DNA from: Timaviella obliquedivisa GSE-PSE-MK23-08B
GTDB lineage: Bacteria > Cyanobacteriota > Cyanobacteriia > Elainellales > Elainellaceae
Direction: 5' to 3'
DNA: 64,000 nucleotides
NCBI GenBank assembly: GCA_019358855.1
Contig: JAHHII010000002.1
Coordinates: forward strand, 124,690 to 188,689
Shown here: positions 11,516 through 19,819 of the stretch, one piece after another
Numbering within the stretch: the stretch's first letter is position 1
How the letters are laid out: every line of letters begins with the position of its first letter
The notes under the pieces: generated by a model
Databases searched by the model: none
What the model was told of the DNA's origin: nothing
The model's input: only the letters and a program-made list of their open reading frames with translations
Position numbers and translations under genes: made by a program

Positions 11516-12139
11516 GTGTCTTCAACTGCGTCTCGTCCTCTCATTCTCGGCATCACTGGAGCCTCTGGCTTAATCTATGCTGTTCGTGCCCTTAAGTTTC
11601 TGCTAGCCGCTGATCAGACGATCGAACTTGTCGCTTCCAAATCTACCTACATGGTTTGGCAAGCCGAAAAAGATATCCGAATGCCTTTGGAGGCGGCACA
11701 GCAAGAACAATTTTGGCGGCAGCAAGCCGGAGTAGAAACAGGGGGTAAGCTGCGTTGCCATCCTTGGGGAGACGTGGGTGCAAATATTGCCAGTGGCTCT
11801 TTCCGGACACAGGGCATGGTTATCATGCCTTGCAGCATGAGTACGGTGGGGAAACTAGCAGCGGGCTTAAGTTCTGACCTGCTAGAACGGGCAGCCGATG
11901 TTCAGCTTAAAGAAGGACGAAAGTTAGTTATTGTCCCCCGCGAAACGCCATTCAGCTTGATTCATCTGCGAAATCTTACAACTTTGGCAGAAGCTGGCGC
12001 GAGGATCGTTCCGGCGATCCCAGCCTGGTATCATAATCCTCAGACGATCGAAGACTTGGTTGATTTTGTGGTGGCGCGAGCGCTTGACCAGGTAGACCTT
12101 GATTGTGTGCCGTTGAAGCGCTGGGAAGGACATTTGTAA
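11516..12139 (+). CDS. ubiX: flavin prenyltransferase UbiX
   Basis: RPLILGITGASGLIYAVRALKFL, MVIMPCSMSTVGKLAAGL and LVIVPRETPFS match the family. The start codon is GTG. Confidence 0.88.
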   Translation: MSSTASRPLILGITGASGLIYAVRALKFLLAADQTIELVASKSTYMVWQAEKDIRMPLEAAQQEQFWRQQAGVETGGKLRCHPWGDVGANIASGSFRTQGMVIMPCSMSTVGKLAAGLSSDLLERAADVQLKEGRKLVIVPRETPFSLIHLRNLTTLAEAGARIVPAIPAWYHNPQTIEDLVDFVVARALDQVDLDCVPLKRWEGHL

Positions 12140-12180
12140 AATAGGGTCGTATCGCGTTGTATTCCAAGGGAGGTTTGCTA

Positions 12181-12999
12181 ATGGCGATCGCACGGTTATT
12201 TTTACCGCTCTTGATCTTAGCTGGGTTGGCGCTCTTTGCCTTACAAAATTGGTCGCCCGTCTTGCCAATCGTAGTCGCAGGGCTGAATACTCAGGCTTTA
12301 CCTCTAGCCCTCTGGATGCTGACCGCGATCGCGGCTGGAGCCACTACCACTATTGCTGTTTCTAGCCTATTTAGCTTGTCCCGGTTTACTGCTGTTCGTC
12401 GTTCCAACAAGCAGCGTCCGTCCGCGTCACCCAGCCGCCCCGAGACAGAAAGCCGCCCTTGGGTTGCCGCTTGGACAAAACGGAATGAAGCCCGAGCCAA
12501 TCCGCCTAGCACTGCAAAAACTCGTATTCAAGACGACTGGGAGAATCGACAAACCCGCGAAGAATGGGACGACTGGGAGGAAGACTCACCTGCACCAGCC
12601 TCTAGCGCATCGTTTAGTTCAGCAGGTGTGCCCCCTGATGTCCACGATCGCTCAGACGAAGACTGGGATAACTGGGAGGGTTACACCGAAGCCGATCGCG
12701 TTAGCGGTACTCCTCGTCCCCCTGTCCGCACAGACTTTGAAGTGAGGCAAGCGCCTGTTGCCCAAAAGCAGTCAGGTTCTCTCTACTCTGTGAGTTATGA
12801 AAGGGCGGAGACTGATCCTCAGCGTCCAAATGAGGTTTATGATGCTGACTACCGAGTCATCGTACCCCCTCTTTCATCCGAGCCTGCTCCAGCGATTTCA
12901 CCAGAGGATGAAGATTGGGGCTTTGATGACGACGATATTCCTCAAGAACCGCGCGACTCTCGCGGTGGCGGCAAAGCCGATCGCCCTAGAAATACATAA
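12181..12999 (+). CDS. membrane protein with an N-terminal LapA-like two-helix domain and a disordered Trp/acid-rich tail
   Basis: MAIARLFLPLLILAGLALFALQNWSPVLPIVVAG plus a second TM helix form the N-terminus. The tail is Pro/Ser/Asp/Glu-rich with repeated DW/EW motifs. Confidence 0.55.
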   Translation: MAIARLFLPLLILAGLALFALQNWSPVLPIVVAGLNTQALPLALWMLTAIAAGATTTIAVSSLFSLSRFTAVRRSNKQRPSASPSRPETESRPWVAAWTKRNEARANPPSTAKTRIQDDWENRQTREEWDDWEEDSPAPASSASFSSAGVPPDVHDRSDEDWDNWEGYTEADRVSGTPRPPVRTDFEVRQAPVAQKQSGSLYSVSYERAETDPQRPNEVYDADYRVIVPPLSSEPAPAISPEDEDWGFDDDDIPQEPRDSRGGGKADRPRNT

Positions 13000-13002
13000 C
13001 CC

Positions 13003-13449
13003 ATGGAAACCAGCAGCTTTTTGATTTGGTTCATTGTCATTGGAATCGTGACGGTCATTGGTTTAGGCAGCATGATCCAAGCCTACTCTGGCTCTGGTAG
13101 CCTTGCCGTTTTATTTACTGAACCGATCGTGCCCAATCCTTTGCCTACCCTTAATACTGATGCTGCTGCCCAGTTTCAGCAAGGCTGCGAAGCTTATAGG
13201 CAAGGAAAGTATCAACAGGCAAGCGATCGCTTTAGCCAAGCTGCCCAACTTGACAAAACCTTTGCCGAAGCATTTCACAATCTGGGTTTAGTGACTGCCA
13301 ACCTTCGCCAAGACAACCATGCCGCCCAACATTTGCTGCTGGCAGGAGAGCGCTATTTAGAACAAGGCAATGCAGCCGGGTACGAGCAAGTGAAGCAATC
13401 TCTAGGACTGTTGAAGGCAAGAAAACTAGCTAAAGAAGCCGCAGCCTAG
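13003..13449 (+). CDS. small membrane-anchored TPR-like protein
   Basis: An N-terminal TM helix is followed by QGCEAYRQGKYQQASDRFSQAAQLDKTFAEAFHNLGLV, a TPR consensus pattern. Confidence 0.55.
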   Translation: METSSFLIWFIVIGIVTVIGLGSMIQAYSGSGSLAVLFTEPIVPNPLPTLNTDAAAQFQQGCEAYRQGKYQQASDRFSQAAQLDKTFAEAFHNLGLVTANLRQDNHAAQHLLLAGERYLEQGNAAGYEQVKQSLGLLKARKLAKEAAA

Positions 13450-13499
13450 GGCGTGTTTTAAACCTGGCTAGAGTACTTCTCTACCGATGCCCAGTTACT

Positions 13500-14177
13500 C
13501 TACCGATGTCCAGTCACAATGTAGGCAACACGCTTACCAATATTGGTGGCATGGTCTGCCATTCGCTCTAAATGACGGATCACTAGCACCAGCAACACGA
13601 TGGGTTCGATGGTGCCTTTAACATCAGTTTGTCCTGCCAAATGGTTATAAAGCGTTTCATAGTCCGAATCAACCGCATCATCCTTAATTTTAAGATCAAG
13701 ACCGGACTCAGCATCCAGGTTAGAAAGAGACACTAGACCCATCGCCAGCATTGCCCGACAGCGATCGAGCATCGTCTGCACCTGCTCCATACAGGCTGGA
13801 ACTGGATAGGGGAAAAGCTTAATGGCTATTTCTCCTAAGTCTTCCGCATAGTCGCCAATGCGCTCCAAATCTCGAACCAGTTGCATGAGCGCACTTAAGA
13901 GCCGTAAGTCTTGGGTAACCGGAGACTGGAGCGCTAATAAATTAATACAGTCCAGTTCGATTTGACGATACATGCGATCGATTTGTTTGTCTTGCAGATA
14001 AATCTGCTGAGCTGCCGCCAGATCACGTTCAAATAATGCCTTGCGAGACAACCAGCAAGAATTTTCTACTAACGCGCCCATCCGCAGTACATCTTTTTGT
14101 ACTCGTCTTAGCTGACGTTCAAACTGAACACGAGTGGGTCTAGCACTGTCCAATGGTTCAAGCTCCCACATAATCAA
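13500..14177 (-). CDS. phoU: phosphate-uptake regulator PhoU
   Basis: Two PhoU repeats are present, with the ERIGDYAED and ERMADHATNIG motifs. Confidence 0.9.
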   Translation of the reverse strand: MIMWELEPLDSARPTRVQFERQLRRVQKDVLRMGALVENSCWLSRKALFERDLAAAQQIYLQDKQIDRMYRQIELDCINLLALQSPVTQDLRLLSALMQLVRDLERIGDYAEDLGEIAIKLFPYPVPACMEQVQTMLDRCRAMLAMGLVSLSNLDAESGLDLKIKDDAVDSDYETLYNHLAGQTDVKGTIEPIVLLVLVIRHLERMADHATNIGKRVAYIVTGHR

Positions 14178-14571
14178 GAAGAAGGGGTAGTAGCCCTTAG
14201 AAAAATCAATAAGTCAGACGAATTTAGTTAATAGTTTGACTAATTTGCCTAAATAGTCTCATTATCTAAAAACTTTCAGAAACGTCCTTCCGATAGAATT
14301 TTGTAATATATTCATCATTTTTATACATTTCACTATACATAGGAGGGGTAAAGGTAACGTTAAAGCCTGAAATGCCAGCTAATACCTTATCGACAGAAAC
14401 AATGTTTGAAAGTATGGAATGTAACGAATCTCTGACTTTCTCTGTTACATCATGTGACAAACAAGTCCAGGCTGTACCAATTTAGTCGACATTAATGAAA
14501 ACTATTGCCAATTTTTCCTCTTACAGGGCAATTGAGCATATTATTGTCTACGAGATCAGGAGCTTTCAACA

Positions 14572-14667
14572 ATGACTTTATCAGACACTCAAATCTACGT
14601 TGCGTTGGTGGTTGCCCTTATTCCTGCTGTTTTAGCGTTCCGGTTATCAACCGAACTTTATAAGTAG
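14572..14667 (+). CDS. psaM: photosystem I subunit XII (PsaM), 31 aa
   Basis: This ORF is not in the supplied track because it is under 60 aa. Translation gives MTLSDTQIYVALVVALIPAVLAFRLSTELYK, matching the conserved PsaM sequence. A strong hairpin follows. Confidence 0.85.
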   Translation: MTLSDTQIYVALVVALIPAVLAFRLSTELYK

Positions 14668-14678
14668 GATGATTTTTT

Positions 14679-14717
14679 AACCTTACCTCTACTTCATAAG
14701 ACTAGAGGTAAGGTTAA
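14679..14717 (+). terminator. hairpin terminator after psaM
   Basis: AACCTTACCTCTA pairs perfectly with TAGAGGTAAGGTT (13 bp). It begins about 12 nt after the psaM stop. Confidence 0.6.
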
Positions 14718-14828
14718 ATCTAGCTAGGCTCTTTCAAAAAAGGGCATCATTTGGTTGATATCCTCAAGGACTCAGTAAGGTCAGGGTGTCGGGTCAGTTA
14801 AGTATTTTCACGGATTTCGCAGCAGGCT

Positions 14829-15359
14829 TTGTCAGCCAAAATCTTCACCATCATGAATGCACTCCAACCCCATAGACATCCCTCTCCCCCCGCACAACTG
14901 CCTCGCCGTCGAGTCTCTAAGCGCATCCGTCGTCAAAAATCTCACCTCCCCCATCGCGCGATCGCCACGGAGGTAACGACAAAGCTCGGAGTTAATCTCT
15001 TACTATCATTGATTGCCGTGACTGCGTTAGTTAAGCTTCTGCCCTATAACCTGTCGCAACAAAACAGCTTCAAAGAGCTTCAGGCAAAGATAGCTGAGAC
15101 AGAGAGCCGAGTCGATCGCCTCCAGGCAAATTTTAATCATCACTTTGACCCCAAGCAAGCGCGATCGGTAATGCAGCAAGAAAGCACCCGGATTGAGCCA
15201 GGGCAACACCAAATTGTTTGGACAACCCCTCAACATGCCACCGCTCAGCAGCCTACAGAAAGAACTGAGGGAAATCTACCGCTTGCTCAAACCCAGCCAA
15301 CAGAGACTCGTATCCCCAATGCAGAGGCTGCATACCGAGAAACCCCCTCATTCCGGTAG
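14829..15359 (+). CDS. hypothetical membrane protein with a coiled coil (FtsB/DivIC-like topology)
   Basis: It has a basic N-terminus, one TM helix (LGVNLLLSLIAVTALVKLL) and a coiled coil (ELQAKIAETESRVDRLQANF). Both start and true end are uncertain. Confidence 0.45.
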   Translation: MSAKIFTIMNALQPHRHPSPPAQLPRRRVSKRIRRQKSHLPHRAIATEVTTKLGVNLLLSLIAVTALVKLLPYNLSQQNSFKELQAKIAETESRVDRLQANFNHHFDPKQARSVMQQESTRIEPGQHQIVWTTPQHATAQQPTERTEGNLPLAQTQPTETRIPNAEAAYRETPSFR

Positions 15360-15362
15360 CAA

Positions 15363-15637
15363 TATGCCATTTTGCGCCGTGTCACTATTATTGGCGAAGC
15401 GACTAAACATTGGCGAAGCGACCAAAAGCCTCTCACAGGATTTTAGAAATTAGCACCCTAATATTCTGTAGAGAAAAACTTCTGGAATGCGTAATGTCAT
15501 CACCCATGAATACAACGAAGTTGAGCTTGGAAGTTGATCTTGATGAAGTGTGGATCGTCAATGCAAATCTAACCCAGCTATTGAATTATATTGAGCCTTT
15601 GGTTTTACTTAAAGATGATGAAATGCGCAACGGTTGA
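15363..15637 (+). pseudogene. 5'-truncated, frameshifted remnant of a HepT/DUF86 toxin gene
   Basis: Three frames together read AILRRVTIIGEATK / IGEATKSLSQDFRN*HPNIL*RKTSGMRNVITHEYNEVELG / EVDLDEVWIVNANLTQLLNYIEPL, which covers the DUF86 RNxxxHxY motif region. The frames are broken by 19-bp and 13-bp tandem duplications and by two in-frame TAG codons. Confidence 0.6.
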
Positions 15638-15658
15638 AATCAGACAAAGGTTGGTTCT

Positions 15659-16402
15659 TTAGATGTGGCTAGTACGGAAAGTGACGTTCGTTCCTTCGTT
15701 AGATTGTTCTAGAACCAATAGTGGCGTTGGCTTTGCCTTCTGATCCCAGTGCATAGAAGCAATTCGTCCTTGAATCGTAGGCTGCCAGTTCGCATCGGCG
15801 TTCTGGCTCATGTACTTTTGCATACATTCTAAAATTTGGCTGATGGTTGCAGAAGTTGGCTGTGTTGGGATTTTGGTCAGCTTAATTTGGATTCTGAACA
15901 ATACTCTTTTAGAGCCTTTAGGTGAATTTGGCGGCTCATACACAACATCAAAAATTTCATCCACAGGACGAGGAGCGCTACTCACTCCTACTAAGCCCTG
16001 TTCAGCTTGGGAGGGTCGCAGCGCCACCGAGATTTTCTCTTTAATACGAATCTTGATCTGGTTCACCATGGCAAAGTGAAACTGTTCTTCTTCCATTCGC
16101 ATTCGCAAGTAGTCTAAGTTAAAATCCCGCGAGTGAATGAGATCGGGGTTTTTCTCCATCTTGCTAATGGTATCAAGCGCCAGCTTTAGCTTTTTCTGAA
16201 ACTCTTGATTTTTAAATTCTTCAAACCTTTTTTGCTTTTTCAGTTGGCTAATTTTAACCTTAGTAAATAGGGCTAATCCAACAAGCCCTACAGCCAAGGC
16301 ACCTGAAGTAAACATCCAAACTGGAGGATGGGCAGATTGAGGGGACGCTGCGGTTTGAGCTAACTTGGTTTGGGCTAGAAGGAGTGGGGCTGACATACGC
16401 AT
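15659..16402 (-). CDS. hypothetical membrane-anchored protein
   Basis: The 247-aa ORF has one TM helix (WMFTSGALAVGLVGLALF) followed by a Lys-rich coiled segment. Confidence 0.5.
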   Translation of the reverse strand: MRMSAPLLLAQTKLAQTAASPQSAHPPVWMFTSGALAVGLVGLALFTKVKISQLKKQKRFEEFKNQEFQKKLKLALDTISKMEKNPDLIHSRDFNLDYLRMRMEEEQFHFAMVNQIKIRIKEKISVALRPSQAEQGLVGVSSAPRPVDEIFDVVYEPPNSPKGSKRVLFRIQIKLTKIPTQPTSATISQILECMQKYMSQNADANWQPTIQGRIASMHWDQKAKPTPLLVLEQSNEGTNVTFRTSHI

Positions 16403-16512
16403 CTCATGCCAAGAATTTGACTATGTTAATCAGTCTGATTATTCAATTAGTTTTAAGATGCCCAGCAACTCTTCAATCACACCATGCTTTTACAATTCCA
16501 TGCTTCTGCAAT

Positions 16513-18180
16513 TTACCTAGTCCACCTTGCCCGATATCCTCTGGCATCAATGTGGCAAAGTTCGGGATATTCAACATAGCGACCTAATCCCCCTGTCCAC
16601 CAAGGATCTAAAGCCCGATAAAGTTGGTCACCTGAAAGCCCATCACAGTAAAAGTCGATCGCATCGCCGGCAATATGGCGACTGAGAGATACGCCTCCTA
16701 CTTCGCGGTTAATGTCGGGTGGACGATACCAACTGGTGACGCGGAACGGACGATTAATGCGATCGCGCCCTTGCTGCGCCAATTTTGCAATCCGGACGAT
16801 CGCATCCACCGTTTCTAAATTGGGCGGCATACGGGTACCGCCATGGGTTGCTTCTGCCCAAGTAAAACTGCCATTGACAACGATTGAGGCGTGCATTTGC
16901 AAATTGTCGGGTGTCCAGCGGCTAGGGCGAGGCGGCAAGGACAAAGGTTCGGGGCGAGGCGAGGCATCGGGAGAGTCGCGGCGAGCGCCTTCCATGCGGC
17001 GCAAATCGTCGAGGAGAGACTGAATGCATTTGTCGCGAGTCTCTAAACCACGCCAAAGCTGAACTAATCGGATCAGGGCTTCGCGCTGCGGTTCGGTTTC
17101 ACGGTACTGGGTCGGCAACCGCTTCAGAAAGTTGAGCAATTCTCGATCAAGCTGGGCAGCAGCATTGGCAAGTGAGCCAGGATTAGGGTTGCTAGAAGAC
17201 AGGACTTGAGGATCAATTCCTAGTTCTTTTAGAGCAGTGCTGCGGGAGTCGAAACCGCGCCAGAGCCGGAACCCCTCAGTGATGGCGTTGCGCTGGTCGC
17301 CTTTGCCTTGAAAGTACTGGGGAATGCGCTGAATAAATGCAATCAGGGCTGAGTCGATGATTTTGATATTGGTTTCAGCAGAAGTGTTATCGCCTAGGGA
17401 GGCGATCGCCTCTGCCCGCGAATCGAGTCGTCGCCAAAGCTGGGTCAGCCGTAACAATGCTTCTCGCTGGTGCGGATAGCCTGCGTAGAACGGTGAAATT
17501 TGAATGATGAATTGTACCAAAGAGCGATCGAGCCCTGATTCATCTAGATTGGCAAGGCTTGAGTCGGTTTCGCTTAGCTGGAGGATAGAAGCGATCGCTG
17601 CCGTCCGAGTCTCTAACTTGCGCCAAAGCCGCACTGCCTCTAAAAGAGCATCCCGTTGATAGGCAAGGTTAATAAAATATTGAGGAATTCGCTCTGCAAA
17701 TGTGATTAATGCCTTATCGAGAAACGCTAAATTTTGAGGCAATTGGTCTGCCTTAAAATCGGCATTGATATCACTGATATACGCCTGCACAAGCATCTGC
17801 CCATCCACCGATTCTAACTGCGCCGCCGCCGGGTCGCTGGCAGCTGGGTTAAACCCCTTAGCTATTGTTTGAATAAAGCGATCGGTATAGCGTCCTTGCT
17901 CAGGACTCCAGAGATCTTCACCCTTCCAGCCCTGCGCCGTCAGTTTATCAGTCATACTGCGAACGGTATTAGCGGCAAATTGCACCTGTCCAGGGAAAGT
18001 GTTCACTTGGTCAGGCGTAATACGATTGGCAGGCGCAATTCCTAAACCCACCTCACCATCGCTGAGTAAAGGATGGCGATGAACTGCATAAAGTGCTGCT
18101 AGAACGGACTTATGGATACCTGCCCGCTCTGATTCACCGAGGTAGAAGTAATTGCGTTGGTCTGCATTCAATCCCGTCAT
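16513..18180 (-). CDS. peptidase M15A-family (D-Ala-D-Ala carboxypeptidase-like) protein with a repeat-containing N-terminal region
   Basis: The C-terminus reads FTWAEATHGG...SRHIAGDAIDFY...CHIDAR, an H-x-D...H zinc-site pattern. The N-terminal part holds four repeats of about 60 aa. Confidence 0.75.
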   Translation of the reverse strand: MTGLNADQRNYFYLGESERAGIHKSVLAALYAVHRHPLLSDGEVGLGIAPANRITPDQVNTFPGQVQFAANTVRSMTDKLTAQGWKGEDLWSPEQGRYTDRFIQTIAKGFNPAASDPAAAQLESVDGQMLVQAYISDINADFKADQLPQNLAFLDKALITFAERIPQYFINLAYQRDALLEAVRLWRKLETRTAAIASILQLSETDSSLANLDESGLDRSLVQFIIQISPFYAGYPHQREALLRLTQLWRRLDSRAEAIASLGDNTSAETNIKIIDSALIAFIQRIPQYFQGKGDQRNAITEGFRLWRGFDSRSTALKELGIDPQVLSSSNPNPGSLANAAAQLDRELLNFLKRLPTQYRETEPQREALIRLVQLWRGLETRDKCIQSLLDDLRRMEGARRDSPDASPRPEPLSLPPRPSRWTPDNLQMHASIVVNGSFTWAEATHGGTRMPPNLETVDAIVRIAKLAQQGRDRINRPFRVTSWYRPPDINREVGGVSLSRHIAGDAIDFYCDGLSGDQLYRALDPWWTGGLGRYVEYPELCHIDARGYRARWTR

Positions 18181-18275
18181 GGCTGAATCTTGCTAAATTT
18201 CTAAGATGCTGATAAATGGTAAGTGAATTTATCAGTTTGGCGGTCAAGTTTGTGAAAATTATCAACGAATTCCCC

Positions 18276-19028
18276 ATGCTCCTTCCTCTGCCCTTAACAT
18301 TTCCACAAGTCCGCCTTGTTGCTACTGACGTAGACGGCACATTGACCCAGAACAGTAAGTTTACGTCGGCGCTCCTTATCGCACTCAATGATTTGGCAGC
18401 CGCAGGAATACCTGTGTTGCTGACAACCGGGCGATCGGCAGGTTGGGTGAATGGATTAGCAGAGTATTTGCCTGTTGTGGGAGCGATCGCCGAAAACGGA
18501 GCCATATTCTACAAGGGTCAACATAGTGAGCTTCTGGTGCCTATCACGGATCTTGTTGCCCATCGACAAGCCCTCGCTAAAACCTTTGCAAGTTTGCAAG
18601 CCGCCTTTCCTCAAATTCACGAGTCCTCAGACAATCGTTTTCGGATGACCGACTGGACATTTGATGTCAAAGGGTTAAGCGTTGCAGAGTTGAAGGAATT
18701 AAGCGATCGCGCTCATGACCAAGGTTGGGGTTTTACCTACAGCACTGTACAGTGTCATATTCGGTTAATGCAACAAGACAAAGCAAATGGGTTAGAGCAG
18801 GTTTTGCAGCGATATTTTCCTGAATTGACAAAGGAGGAAGTCGTCACAATTGGCGATAGTCCCAATGATGAGAGCTTATTCAATGGCGATCGCTTTCCTG
18901 TTTCAGTGGGAGTGGCGAACATTCGGCACTACATTGATCAAATTAAATACAAGCCTAGATTTGTGACTCAAGCAGCCGAAGCAGAAGGTTTTTGTGAACT
19001 AGCTCGATTGCTGATCGAGCAGTCTTGA
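18276..19028 (+). CDS. HAD-IIB family hydrolase (Cof / sugar-phosphatase-like)
   Basis: LVATDVDGTLT (motif I), LLTTGRS (motif II) and IGDSPNDESLF (motif IV) are present. The start is taken at the ATG at 18276. Confidence 0.8.
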   Translation: MLLPLPLTFPQVRLVATDVDGTLTQNSKFTSALLIALNDLAAAGIPVLLTTGRSAGWVNGLAEYLPVVGAIAENGAIFYKGQHSELLVPITDLVAHRQALAKTFASLQAAFPQIHESSDNRFRMTDWTFDVKGLSVAELKELSDRAHDQGWGFTYSTVQCHIRLMQQDKANGLEQVLQRYFPELTKEEVVTIGDSPNDESLFNGDRFPVSVGVANIRHYIDQIKYKPRFVTQAAEAEGFCELARLLIEQS

Positions 19029-19505
19029 TTAACGCCTTAGCAGTTAAATTACGATAGAAATTAGAACTTTGCTGAATAGGGAAATAGCATAACTACGGAG
19101 TTCAACGCACTGCTGCCCGTTTCGCATGGCGACAAAGCGCAGGTATGAATCGTCGGGACACGGGAGCAGGTGATGCATTTAACGAACGAGTTTTACGTCA
19201 AAAAGATCGCCAGCGACCCTTGCGGTGTCTGCGAAGCAGCGCGCCTCCACTTCATGTCCATCATGCACCGTTTGCCAGCGGCAAGTACATGAGTGTTTTA
19301 GTACGATAGGACAGCGTTTCAGGAGCGATCGCATTCTATGTCGTCGCTCTTGCAAAAGCGATTACGCACTCTACCCTGCCATTGTGAGTGCTTAACCTGC
19401 TAATTGCGCGTCCTACACTGCCATTGGAACCTAAGACAATCGGATTGCGACTCCAGGCATTGCCTTTGTCCTGCTGACGATTACAATTGTCAACCGATGC
19501 AATGC

Positions 19506-19589
19506 AAATGTGACTCGATACAACGCGAATGTGACTGGATACAATGCGAATGTGACTCGATACAACGCGAATGTGACTGGATACAATGC
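19506..19589. repeat. 21-bp tandem repeat x4 (alternating variants, i.e. 42 bp x2)
   Basis: The units are AAATGTGACTCGATACAACGC, GAATGTGACTGGATACAATGC, GAATGTGACTCGATACAACGC and GAATGTGACTGGATACAATGC. Confidence 0.95.
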
Positions 19590-19819
19590 GATCGCGGGGC
19601 AGTTCCTTGTAAGCATTAGGCGTTGCTAAACAAGAAATGAGAGCAAATCATACTTGAACTCAGCGACACCGAATTTAGCTCTTCTACTTTCTTAGGGAAA
19701 GGGCTAGGGATTAGGCTTAGTTAACTGCGCAGCCAGAGAAACCTCTCCCCATACCCCTCTCCTAAAGGAAAGAGGCTTTGAAGGGGTTCATATTCCACAG
19801 TTTAATAAAGTAAAGTCCT

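Noticed and set aside
14266-14460. A 64-aa minus-strand ORF between phoU and psaM
   Set aside because: It sits in an AT-rich promoter-like region, has no motif, and its codon composition is unlike neighbouring genes.
19506-19589. A possible CRISPR array (regularly spaced repeats). The same question was considered for the 282-bp repeats at 56675-57802.
   Set aside because: The units are directly abutting with no unique spacers, and no cas genes are in the window. These are plain tandem repeats.
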